Assembly (NCBI GenBank): GCA_036867785.1
Contig: CP145427.1
Location: 248,001-312,000 of the forward strand
From: Plasmodiophora brassicae
Taxonomy: Eukaryota
Length of the DNA: 64,000 bases
Direction: 5' to 3'
Part shown: positions 1-10,748 of the stretch, piece by piece
Position numbering within the stretch: position 1 is the first letter of the stretch
Layout of the letters: each line of letters starts with the position of its first letter
Position numbers and translations under genes: made by a program
The notes under the pieces: generated by a model
Databases searched by the model: none
Seen by the model: the letters and a program-made list of their open reading frames with translations, nothing else
What the model was told of the DNA's origin: nothing

Positions 1-865
1 CAATGCCAGGCGGACTGCCAGCCAGTCTGGAAGCGGATCACGCCGTCGCTCCTGACGCTCCTGATGGCCGACGGCAACGACCTTCTCCAACTGCCCCATT
101 CCCAGTTAGTCGAGCTGCCTCGTACGAAGCACTTCGCGTTGATGCTCGGTAGTGCCAGTCGTATGTGGTTCGCTCCACCAATACCGTCTTACGACTCTGC
201 CTTGCAGATATCATCAACATTTTCTTCTGTTTCGATCCGCCGTCGATGGGCCCGTTGTTTGAGACCGAAGTCGTTCATCGCATCCTGTCGATACTTGACA
301 TCCAAGCGCGATTCAACACGTCCAACGTCGAGGACGCCCTGGTCCCTGTTCTCACCGTTCTGGAACTTCTGGGCGCCGCCAACGACGGTGTCGCGCGCAC
401 CGCCAAACGCTTCGTCTTTGGGGAGGAATGGGCTGACAACACTGACCTGAAGTACGCTCGCGAATCCGCATGTGCTTTCAGCAGAATTTTGAATTGTTGG
501 CCAGGTACGAATGCAAGAGCGATGACGACAAGGACTTTCCACCTGGGGACGTCCCTCTCAAGGCCATTCTTCGGACGCACATTACAACGTTCAACGTAAG
601 GCTGCCCGGATGGTACTGTGCCGATACGTGTGACGTTTTCGTTGGCAGCCATCGTTGAAACGGGCGGTCAGCGAGTTTCTGTTCACGATCTGCGGGAAAC
701 AACGTAAGCGTGCATCACCCCCGGCGACTTCTGCTGCGTGCACTGCCTAACGACGTGTGCCCGTTAGCTGGGGAATACATTCGGCTGGTCGGGTTCGGGA
801 ACGCGATCGGCCTGCTGGCCGAGATGCAACTGCCCGGGTTCGAGGTGCCCATGCAGTCTATATAA
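1..865 (+). CDS. RIC8: Ric8/synembryn-like G-alpha GEF/chaperone, 3' part, multi-exon
   Basis: Splicing short GT-AG introns (~161-207, ~451-504, ~596-648, ~703-767) gives ...LKRAVSEFLFTICGKQ.GEYIRLVGFGNAIGLLAEM..., matching the Ric8 motif (V.EFLF.LC......FI...GYGNA.GLLA). TAA at 863-865. Confidence 0.75.
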
Positions 866-886
866 AGGTTCGGCTTTATTCGCGAA

Positions 887-2010
887 TCAGGAATGCTGCT
901 GCCCACGCTTACGCTGTGGCGTCCGGAGCGCCGCTTCCGCGACGAAGCAGTACGAGATGCTGTGCGGGCCGCGCCCCATCGTCTCCTTGGCTGCCTGTGC
1001 AGGGTAGTTCGCGATCGTCGTCGTCGAACACGTCACCTGAGTCGGAATCAGCAAACCCTGGCTGTGGGGGGTGACGCCGCCCAGGTGCGCCTCACCTCTC
1101 TCCCTGATTTCGTGACGACGTGGACTCGGCCGAGGTTCGCGCCCGTCAACGGCTTCAGGCCGAGCAGCGTGCGGCAGCCGGCTTCGGCGACGGCGGGCCA
1201 GTCTCTGTCGGATATGAGGCTGACCCACAGCGGAACGTGCGATAGTTCTCCAGTCAGGTTGAACGCCCAGATCTCGAACAGCTCCTCAGGGGTGTACCCG
1301 AACAGCTTCACTGCTTCGCTGTTCAGCGAGAGCCCCGTGGTCCCATTGTCGGACCATTCGGCACGATAGACGGTCACCGAGGCGATCCCCGGGTCTCGAT
1401 CGATCTCGTCTTTGACGAGAGCGAGCTGGTCCCTGGTCAGGGGAGGTGGTGCCGATTGCGGGCCGACGTTGATGCCCAGGGAGCGCAACCGCGTCCGAAT
1501 CGAGTCGAATTCCACGGTGCGTACCATCCTCGAGATGGAGTTCGCGGTGACGGCCTTGATTCGATCCATCATGGCCTGGTAGTCGTCGAGGCCTTTGGCG
1601 ATGCTCTCGTCGATGGCGCTCTTGCATGTTCGCGTCCAAATCGACTCGAGCAGCGTCGAGAAGTGCGCTAGGCGAGACGGTTGCGCCTTTGCCGTCGTCC
1701 GCACATGCACTTCAACGACGGGCGCAGTCTGTTCCGCGGCGAGGAGTTGCTGCTCGAGCTCCTCGAACGTCATGTCATCCGTCACCTTGATGGATTTCTG
1801 GCGCGCTGGCGCTTCCTGTCGCGTCTGCGCCGCCCGTTTTCGTGTCGACTGGAAACTGGGCGCCCTCGACGGCACGTCCCCGGCGCCAAGCGACGCATTG
1901 GAAGACGACATCAACGCGTCGACATTCAGGACATTATCCAGCATCAACGGTAGGCCTTCGTTCCACCCGTTCGCCGTCGTCCATTCCGCATCCTCGCTCG
2001 GCGACGCCAT
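887..2010 (-). CDS. PAS-fold-containing protein, one short intron near the 3' end
   Basis: 320-aa ORF with LNSEAVKLFGYTPEEL...LISDRDW...HVVTKSGRE (PAS/PAC-like). Intron GTGAGG...CTCAG (~1038-1093) joins to VTCSTTTIANY... with the stop at 887. Confidence 0.6.
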
Positions 2011-2397
2011 CTACTCGCCTGGCAATATCTCGCATAAATATCTCAAAGGTGTCTGTATAATTCACACCGGCCCTCGGCGTCATCCGTTGGTCGCGATCCG
2101 CGAGGGAGATCAGGCCCGATGCCAACGTCAAACGCTTCAGCGCGGAACCCCGGGGGGAAACTGCGCGACTGCGGACTACGCGCGGTTCCAACGCTTCGAG
2201 TCTACGGCAAGTCTAAAACCGTGCGGTGCGGTCGTGCCTAAAAACGCCCGCAGTCCGCCGTGCTATTTCGGGGACGACCGCAGTGCACCGAGGTCGTCAA
2301 GCTGCACCGTCCGGACCGCGGCGTCATTCCGCATTTCCGCCGCGCGCCAGCAACGTCGACGTCCAGGACGATCAGCCACCGACACCACCGGTCAGCC

Positions 2398-2862
2398 ATG
2401 TCCAGCACGAAGTTCGTCGTTGCCTTCGCCCTGATGTTCATCGCCGTCGCATACGCCGCCAAGGAAGTGAAGACGGTGCCGGTGGCGTCCGCGCCCGGAG
2501 CCATGGATCGCGCCAAGACGGTCCTGTCGAACACGAAGGACCGCGTCAAGAACGCCGTGGTCGGCGCGAAGAACTACCTGGTCAACGAGCCTGCCGGCAA
2601 GAAGATCGTCAAGGGTGTCGGTGCCGCTGCGGTCGTCGGTGGCCTGGGTGTTGCCGCCGTCGTTGCCGGCGCGGACAAGATCCGGGAGAAGGTCGGCGAG
2701 AACAGGTTCACCAATGGCCTGGTCGACGCCAAGAACAAGGTCATGGGCAACAAGAACGACGACAAGAAGGAGGAGCTGAAGAAGACGGTCAAGAGCTCGG
2801 CCTCGTCCGTCGCCGTCGGCGCCACCGCGTTCGCCGCCGCCGCGTTCGCCGTCCTCGCCTGA
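2398..2862 (+). CDS. Small secreted protein, family A copy 1, probable GPI-anchor signal
   Basis: MSSTKFVVAFALMFIAVAYA signal peptide, strong GC3 bias, C-terminal SSASSVAVGATAFAAAAFAVLA. Confidence 0.85.
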   Translation: MSSTKFVVAFALMFIAVAYAAKEVKTVPVASAPGAMDRAKTVLSNTKDRVKNAVVGAKNYLVNEPAGKKIVKGVGAAAVVGGLGVAAVVAGADKIREKVGENRFTNGLVDAKNKVMGNKNDDKKEELKKTVKSSASSVAVGATAFAAAAFAVLA

Positions 2863-3089
2863 ACGATGATGTCTTCAGTTTGAGTTTTAAATGTCTCAAT
2901 ACCATTGTTCGTCAATCTACAAATAAACAGCCGGTTGACATTCGAAACAAGAGCGATGTCCATTGGGCCTCCAGGATACGCAACGTGGCGCTGCTCTGGG
3001 GAGACGAATCGGCGCTCAAGACCGGCAGGGCCGGTTTGCTTGAGACCATGCGAGCCTCGATCAACACCACGTGGCGGTGACCTTCGCTT

Positions 3090-4650
3090 GTGACCAGCTT
3101 GATGCTCTGAACTTGATCGGCTTGAAGATGCGCCCGAACACGCTGTAGCTGGTCGGCGCGTTCATCGACCGCTGGCTGTTTTGGCTGAACGTGTTACACC
3201 CTGGTATCTGCGAGAACATGTTGGTAAGCATCGTTTGCGAAGAGAGCGGTCGTCTTGTCCGCCACGTGCTCGGGGTGTCGATATAGGAGAATTCAGCAAC
3301 TGGCAACAGGTCCGGCCGGGCTCCTGTTGATACGTACGACACGAAACTGTGAATGTTGTTCTGCAATATCGTATATACCTGGCTGACGCGCTCGGCCTGG
3401 CCGTTCGCCTGCGTGCGCTGTCCTGACGTCAGGTTGCGTGCGACCTACAATCACCTCAGCAGGCTTCCAGAACCTGGAGATCATCGAGGGCGTCGGAGCA
3501 CGAGATGAAATGGGTTAGCAATTGGACTATCGATCCACTACAGCCATACCCAGTAAGTCCCGTTATGGGTGGACTTTCCGGATCACTAGCGCGCGCTCTC
3601 CCCAATCCGGATGTAAGTCCCACACTCTAGCGACGTAGGAAAGCCTACGATGAAGTCAGGTGACATCGATTACCACAATCAGAAGGAATGGGAAGCAATC
3701 ATAACGGCCCGTTGTATGGCGGTTTCTGCAATCGCTCGTGTATACGCTCCCTTGTTGATGAACGTGCCCAGTGCCTTTCCTCAACACAAGCTAACGCTGA
3801 TTGCGCTCCAGCGTCTAATTGCCCACGTCTAAATCGTGACCGACAAAGGGTGAACCGTGATGGAGGCGTGGTACACCGAGCTGGGCGTTGATTCTGGCTG
3901 TGACCACCGCCTCATTTCGCAACATATACAGAAGGTTCACCGCGTTCTCGGAGGGATGCTTGCTGACGGATCAGATGCCGCTGACAACGCTCGTTTGCGT
4001 GTGCGTGTGTGTGCTTGGAGCTCTTCACCTTCGTCGGGGATCTTCGGTGCCGTTTTGTTTAGTTTAGTTTAGTTTATTTGTGTTTCGCGCTTTTCAGGCA
4101 GGCGCCTCGGTCCTCTCTTGGGTGCCGGCGCCGAACAACACGCTGGATCCTTGCTGCAGGGCATGCTTCTGCTGGAAGCTAGGTCGTGATCGCCGCAATC
4201 CAGCGTCAACTGGCCGCTCTCCAGCCGGTATATCGCACCCGGGCCGCAACGATACCGCGTCCCGCTTGCCCGACAGGAATCCAGCTGGCCGATGATGGAT
4301 GACGTAGTTGTACTCGGACAGGATCCAGGTCCTGGTAGTCAGTGACGAGGCGAATGGTGGAAGGCGCCTTAGGCACTACGGTCTACAGCATTGTCTGCTC
4401 AGCACTCATCGACGTTATGATTTCTTTGACATCCTCGTTGAGCCCTCTGTATAAGGCGCGTGGAACGGAGATCATTACGTCGGCAGTCAGTTGCCGATAT
4501 CGCTCGCTAGCAGCGAGCTCGATCGCGGAATCTCCTCGAACACCGCATTCGTGAACCTGTTTCGGGACGGAACGAACGCCAGTGCGTTGGGTGTCGTTTA
4601 CTAGCGGGCGGCGCCTCTCCTCTTTAAAGATGGGCTTCCACATCGCTTGG
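3090..4650 (-). mobile_element. Degenerate Ty3/Gypsy LTR-retrotransposon relic (gag, RNase H and integrase fragments)
   Basis: Minus-strand fragments in Gypsy order: gag-like YRQLTADV...LYRGLNEDVKEII (~4400-4500), RNase H end ILSEYNYVIHHRP...GKRDAVS (~4250-4330), integrase QANGQAERVSQ...PDLLPVAEFSY (~3280-3420). Stops and deletions throughout. Confidence 0.7.
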
Positions 4651-5937
4651 CCCCGGCCCCGGTTAGAAGGCCACCGATGAGCAACTCATGAAATTGCCGG
4701 GTTGCATAGGTGGTCGGCTGATGTTCGTCGCTGATGTCTCTGGAGCGTGAGATCAGTCCCATGCACGCGCCCATTTGTGATTACAAAACTGAAGTACTGA
4801 CATCCTGCGGGCTGTCTTACCGGATCCCATCTTGCTATTCATGACGTCAACTAGCCGGCGCTGGCATCGGACGCGGTGCCGATTGCTGTCTGGAAAGTAC
4901 TGCTAGACAACGACAGCATCGAAGAGGAACGGTAACGACCAAGTGTGTATCACGCGGTGGACGTGACAACAGTACTGAAGGCTGAAGGTGCTGGTGGCGC
5001 CGCTGAGGGCCGCTACACTGTCAGACGTTAAAGCCCAGCCAGACAATGCGCAACATCTTTGTACTCAATGAGACGGGCTCGCTTCAATCAAGTCAGCATG
5101 GTTAGTAGTCTGAGAAGCCTCTGGTGGTTCTAGATGAACTTCGAGCAATCACGATGAACATGGAGCTGCAGCTTGGAACCGCTGCTGGCGCCCTAATGGT
5201 TAGGGCCAGCCACTGGACGACTGTCCGGTGCGGTGCGTTGGCCGTTCGTCGACATGCTGTCGCAATCGCGGCTCTCCCCGATACCGCGAACAGTCCTCCC
5301 TTGATACCGTCCAACGACGCATTCGGCAATGATATCAACAGGTCAACGTTCGAGGACCCACCGGTAGCAATCCAACGCCACAGTCAGCACTCCGATGGCA
5401 ATACTTCGATCGGACGAAATCTCAGATGCCTGTATTCAACAGTACTGGTAGCCGCGTTTATCGCTCACATCCCGCTGCCCAGAGATGCACGTCGAGGACA
5501 GCCAGGACGGGCAATGCAAAAAAGGCGTCACGCGTGGCGACCAGGAAGTCCAGCGGTCACAACAAACTGCGAGGACGTCGCGACCGGGAAGTCCACCAGT
5601 CACCACAAACTGCGAGCCCTTCGCCGACGAATTGTAGACCGGACCGCCCAACTAGGCCACTACAACGAGATTAGCCTAGTTGGGCGGTCCGGACTATGTA
5701 CAGAATTCGCGAACACTCGTCAAGTCTAAAACAGTGCGGCGCGGACAGTGGGGCTATGCCTAAAAATAGGCCAGCAGTCAGCCGGTCTATTTTGAGGTCG
5801 GGCGCAGTGGCGGTCAGCCTGAGGCTGCATTGGTCGCGCTGCGACCGCAACGGCGTCGTCATTCTGCAATTTGCCGCGCGCTTGCGACATCGACTTCCAG
5901 AACGACCATCGCCCTCCGACACCACCACCTGTCCGTC

Positions 5938-6771
5938 ATGCCCAGCCTCAAGCTAGTCGTTGCCTTCGCCCTGCTGTTCGCCGCTGTCGCCAACGCCGCC
6001 GACACTCCGGATCCTCAGGTTCCCCCTCAGGTTCCCCCTCAGGTTCCCCCTCAGGTTCCCCCTCAGGTTCCCCCTCAGGTTCCCCCTCAGGTTCCCCCTC
6101 AGGTTCCCCCTCAGGTTCCCCCTCAGGTTCCCCCTCAGGTTCCCCCTCAGGTTCCCCCTCAGGTTCCCCCTCAGGTTCCCCCTCAGGTTCCCCCTCAGGT
6201 TCCCCCTCAGGTTCCCCCTCAGGTTCCCCCTCAGGTTCCCCCTCAGGTTCCCCCTCAGGTTCCCCCTCAGGTTCCCCCTCAGGTTCCCCCTCAGGTTCCC
6301 ACTCCCATATGGCAACGTGCTGCGAAGTTGAAGGGCGACATCACAAACTTCGTCAGCGACGTCAAGGAATTGGCCCTCAAACACAAGTACGTCACCGCTG
6401 GCGGTATTGGTGGTATTGGCGGTGCTGGTTACTTGGCCAATGAGGCGTACAAGGCGTTCCGCAAGCCAGTCGTGGAGGAGCCGGCCCAGCAGCAGATCAA
6501 GCCGCAGGGCAAGTTCCTCAAGGCGATGGCCATTGGTGGTGTGACCCTTGCCGCCGGTGGTGCTGGCGCGGTTGCCCTTGCTGACCAGATCAAGGAGAGG
6601 GCCGGCGAGAACAAAGTCACGAACGCTCTGGTCGGCGTCAAGGACGCGGTCACCGGCAAGAAGGGACAGACGAAGAACGACGTGAACGAGAAGACGACCA
6701 AGAACTCGGCCTCGTCAGTCGCCGTCGGTGCCACCGCCTTCGCTGCTATTGCCTTCGCCGTCGTCGCGTGA
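5938..6771 (+). CDS. Secreted protein, family A copy 2, with (PQVP)24 stalk and probable GPI signal
   Basis: MPSLKLVVAFALLFAAVANA signal peptide. C-terminus NSASSVAVGATAFAAIAFAVVA is homologous to that of 2398..2862. Confidence 0.85.
   Translation: MPSLKLVVAFALLFAAVANAADTPDPQVPPQVPPQVPPQVPPQVPPQVPPQVPPQVPPQVPPQVPPQVPPQVPPQVPPQVPPQVPPQVPPQVPPQVPPQVPPQVPPQVPPQVPPQVPPQVPTPIWQRAAKLKGDITNFVSDVKELALKHKYVTAGGIGGIGGAGYLANEAYKAFRKPVVEEPAQQQIKPQGKFLKAMAIGGVTLAAGGAGAVALADQIKERAGENKVTNALVGVKDAVTGKKGQTKNDVNEKTTKNSASSVAVGATAFAAIAFAVVA
6013..6300 (+). repeat. Perfect coding minisatellite (CCTCAGGTTCCC)x24
   Basis: 288 bp of identical 12-bp units read directly from the sequence. Confidence 0.97.
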
Positions 6772-6949
6772 GCGATTTGCAGTTCCGAAACGACATTGAT
6801 TTTTTGTTCGTCAATCTACAAATAAAGAGCTGGTTGACTTCTGAAACAAACTCGAACATCGCATCCATTGTTTTCCCGTTGAACGTTGTCGGCTTCGCCG
6901 TCACAGTCACGATTTGGCAGCTGTTGAACGATGCCTCTTCATGCGTGTA

Positions 6950-8890
6950 TTTACGTACAGTTGTTGAAGACGATAGCGTGGAAGTAGCTTATAGGCCTCC
7001 TTTGCCATGCGATCGGCGACTGCCCAGGTATTCGCGATACGACCAATCGATCCGCTTCTTCGGCAGAACATTGTACTCCAACGGACCTCGTACATGTCGC
7101 CCGAACTCCAGATAGTGAGGCGTCTCCTTGGTCGTCTCGCAGACGCCTTTGCAGTAGGCGAAAGTCAGGTACTCGGGCTGCTGGTTCCAACGCAGCAGGT
7201 CACCGTCAGTCATGGTTTGCAGGAATGCCTTCATCGATGCGGGCGATCCGCGATCCCGTCCCGACCACTCGGTAGGACAGCGTCATCGCCAACAGGAATC
7301 CGGACGCCTTACTGATCGCATCGAGCAGATCGTTCCGCCAGGGTCGATTATCGGCTGTAATCTTGCCCGGGGATCCCCGTCTGACCGAACGCGAACCGGA
7401 TCAGGGCCTCCGCCGAATTCCCCGCTGTGTACCGACGTCGCACAGGCAGGAACAAGGTCGAATGACACATCCGACATGTCAACGTTAAGACATGCCCGTT
7501 CCCGCGCGACGGTTTGGGGAGGTCCACGACGTGGTCAATGTGCACGGAATGCCAGGCCAGGAACGGGACATTGCCGTCAGCGAACTCCTGTCTGTCACGA
7601 CTCAACGACGACGCGTTGACCGACTGCCGTCGGTCCCCGCTCGCACGGACTTTATTCCGGCGCCGACCTGCTATGTCGACGCCTGACACTTCGTCGAACC
7701 ACGTCGTCGCAGACATTGGATCGACCGAGTCATCGCCCGTGAACGTGTGCAGCCGGACTGGTGTCGAGTACGATATGGTCGACAAGGGAGTCGGCGGTCG
7801 ATCAGGATCAATGGTTTCGGTCTTGGGGACGATGGACGGGCTGGCGGCGACCTGCGCCAAGATCTCAGCGCGCTGCTGCCGGAGCATGGCGTCGATGTCG
7901 GCGCGCTGTGCCTGGAGCGCCTCCGCTACGATCGCCGCGATCGTGCTGGTCAGCGCCGATACGGGTGTGTTCAATGGCTCCTCGTCGGGGTCCTGGTGAT
8001 CGCGGTTGCGTTGGGTTCCACGAGTGTCCATGGTGAAGGTCGGTCAAACTGTCACGACTCAACGACGACGCGTTGACCGACTGCCGTCGGTCCCCGCTCG
8101 CACGGACTTTATTCCGGCGCCGACCTGCTATGTCGACGCCTGACACTGTCAGCCCTCGCTCCGACCGGCACCCGAGATTTGGCCTGTTGGCATGTACGGC
8201 GGGAAACACTCCTGGCCGACCTGCGAGAGAGCCAGAGCGAAGGAGCGATGCTCGGCGTGCAACGCCGCTCAGCCTTCCGGTTCGAATGCCCGAAGCGAGA
8301 GGCCAGTGGCGCGGCTACCGATATATCGAGGCCGTCGCCGATGACCTCGCCTGCATCCCTGCTGCGGGCTGTCCTCTAGCCGTCGCTAATGAAGTCGCTC
8401 CCAGAGCATGTGCTTCGTCTCGAGCCCGCTCCGCATCTGCGTGTATAGGTTGAGCGACGCGAGGAGGTGTCGCAGGTCTCGCCGTCGTGAGAGCAGTGGT
8501 CCGGGTCGACCTCCTGATACTCGTTCAACACCGTCTCCAGCCGTGGTAGAAATGCATCGCTGCGACTTGGACTTCGACCTCTGCCTCGAGCCGAGGCCTG
8601 TCCGTGTCGTCTGGCCGCACCGTGTTCTCTCGGCCCACCGGAGCCCGGGTCGCGTCCTGCACCGACGTCTGCCCTTTGGCCATCATGTCGTGCTCCGTGG
8701 CTGCGAGGACGGTCGCCCTGAACTCCTCCAGGGTCCAGCCTGAGTTCCGGGATCGCCCCCTCTCTGCTGGACACTCCCCTCGTGCTGGGCCTTCATGAGC
8801 GACGAGTGATCTCAACACGGTACGCATCTCGTCTAAATCCTCCGCCTTGACTGAGCTCGCCGCACCCGTCGCACCGTCCTCCGACATGAT
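6950..8890 (-). mobile_element. Degenerate Ty3/Gypsy relic (gag-like and integrase), interrupted by a nested mini-LTR element
   Basis: Integrase fragments RTCQQAKSR (~8170-8200), WHSVHIDHVVDLPK..GNGHVLT (~7480-7560) and YLTFAY...ETTKETPHYLEFGR (~7095-7180), with frameshifts. Gag-like ORFs at 8376-8887. Confidence 0.7.
7593..8145 (-). mobile_element. Miniature non-autonomous LTR element (TRIM-like), 553 bp
   Basis: Identical 96-bp LTRs at 7593-7688 and 8050-8145 with TGTCA...TGACA termini. 5-bp TSD CTGTC at 7588-7592 and 8146-8150. AATAAA in the LTR on the minus strand. Internal gag N-terminal fragment (TFTGDDSVDPMSATTWFDEV). Confidence 0.9.
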
Positions 8891-9460
8891 CTCAACTGGA
8901 TACTACGTGGCACGTCTATCCGACTCGGGACTCCACAATATCCTCTTTGGACACTCGTACAACATCCGGCATCAGGCGCTCCTGACACGGAAACGGGGTG
9001 GTGCTCGCTTCTTAGCGCACCCCGTCACTGCTAGTGCTGCTCGTTACAGCAGTCGCAATATCGCTGGCATGCATCGGCTGTCGTCGGCGACTTCAGTCGG
9101 CGCCCACAGCAGATAGGCGTGACGTTTTCTACTGACTTCGCGTTCGCCGCCGTCGCCTTCGCTGTGTCCGCATGATCGCTCGCGACCCACCCGTCGAAAT
9201 TCAGTCAACCTGCCAATCGGTACCGTTGGACAGACTGTTCTGATGCCCGATTTAAGGTCACACAGCTCAGCGCGCAGTCGACGCACTGGCGGCGCGGCGA
9301 AAACGTTTTAAAAATAGGTTCTCGACGGTGGAACCTATTTCCGGATCGCCCGCAGTGGCGGCCGTCCGTGGCGGGGTGCGGGCGGACCAGGGAGGCGGCG
9401 CCGTGTCCTCGTTAGTCTGCATTTCGCCGCGCCGATCACTGACACGAATCCGCACGCGAC

Positions 9461-10081
9461 ATGTCCATTGTCAAGTTCCTCATTGCTTCCGCGGTGGTCG
9501 TCGCGGCCGCCGCATTCACTATCGATGATGCCCGTGCGTTGGGGGACAAGGTCGTGGCTGTCGGCAAGGACGCCGCCGCGAAGCTGGCGCCGATTGCCCG
9601 AGCCGGCGGAGACAACGTCAAAGCCTTCAGCAGGCGCGCTACAATGAAGATGGGTCTAGTCGAAGAAGCCGGCGACGACAAGAAGCTTCGGCTCACAAAG
9701 CGCGGCAGGCAGGCCGTTTTTGTCGGTGCTGGAGCTGGAACAGCCGCCGTTGGCGTCAAGGTTCTGCCGCGGCTCCGCATGAAATATGTCGTGCCCGGGA
9801 CGGCTGTCGCGGCCGCCGTTGGCGCTGTTGCCGGTGCTGACCATCTGCAGCAAGCGTTTGGCAAAAACAAAGTTACGAACAAGCTCAAAGACCTGAAGAC
9901 GAACTACATGCAGCCTGCCGTCACGCGCGCCAAGGAGTTCGTTACCGGGAAGCGTACGAACCAAGGTCCGGACAACGCGGACGAGAATGCCGAAGCGTCG
10001 GAAGGGCATGACGATCCGGACGAGAATGCCGAAGCGTCGGAAGGACATGACGATCCGGACGGCAACTTTGATGAATACTAG
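9461..10081 (+). CDS. Secreted protein, family A copy 3, acidic tail with a 39-bp duplication
   Basis: Signal peptide MSIVKFLIASAVVVAAAA; family motif AVAGADHLQQAFGKNKVTNKL; DENAEASEGHDDP twice. Confidence 0.85.
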   Translation: MSIVKFLIASAVVVAAAAFTIDDARALGDKVVAVGKDAAAKLAPIARAGGDNVKAFSRRATMKMGLVEEAGDDKKLRLTKRGRQAVFVGAGAGTAAVGVKVLPRLRMKYVVPGTAVAAAVGAVAGADHLQQAFGKNKVTNKLKDLKTNYMQPAVTRAKEFVTGKRTNQGPDNADENAEASEGHDDPDENAEASEGHDDPDGNFDEY

Positions 10082-10748
10082 GGTGCGCATGAGTACGCAA
10101 CCTGTCCCTTTTGAATAAATGAGTCAAATTTTTCGTTCATTTATTCGTTAATCACTACATAGTGTCTGTTGTGCTATCTGTTGCGCGGCTGGTCGTTCCT
10201 GGGATCGTGAGTGTTCCCTCACCGCACCCTGCATACACGTAATGCGAACGCGCCTTCGGTACAATAGGAACGGATACCGCGAGCTCCCCTGTGCTTTGAT
10301 CACTGCAGGCATCGATTCGGCTCGACATGTCATGCGGTCGAGGGTCTATCAATGGGGAGGACCAACGACGAACCCGAAGGCAGCGCGGTAACGACATGGG
10401 TCCCTATTCCTGGTTAGCGTCCGCGTCAGTCACAGTCCCAGTATATCGGACCATGAAAGCAGGATCGGGATGAACAGGCGCCGCAGGCGGCCCAACCAGA
10501 CTGCCACGGGGTCTGAAGGCGTTCCAGACTATTTTTAGCAAAGTTCGCCAGCGGCGCGCCGCTGGTGACCACACAGCTGGGCAGGGAACGCGGCGTCGAG
10601 GCCGCACCCGGCGTCGACGGGTCTGAAGGACGTTCAGGCCTATTTTTGGCCATGGCCGCAGCGGCGCGCCGCTGGCAACCACACAGCTGGGCTTCGTCGA
10701 GGCCGCGTCACTCTGCATTTCGCCGGGCAAATCCGCACAGGCAACACC

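Noticed and set aside
2905-2950. Conserved 3' UTR hairpin around AATAAA, shared with ~6804-6850
   Set aside because: The stem is only 5 bp and the similarity is explained by paralogy.
6013-6300. Repeat array as a CRISPR or telomeric repeat
   Set aside because: No spacers; it is an in-frame 12-bp coding unit inside a eukaryotic secreted-protein ORF.
7348-8031. 227-aa ORF as a real gene
   Set aside because: It is a chance read-through of the gag fragment, the LTR and the host-element integrase.
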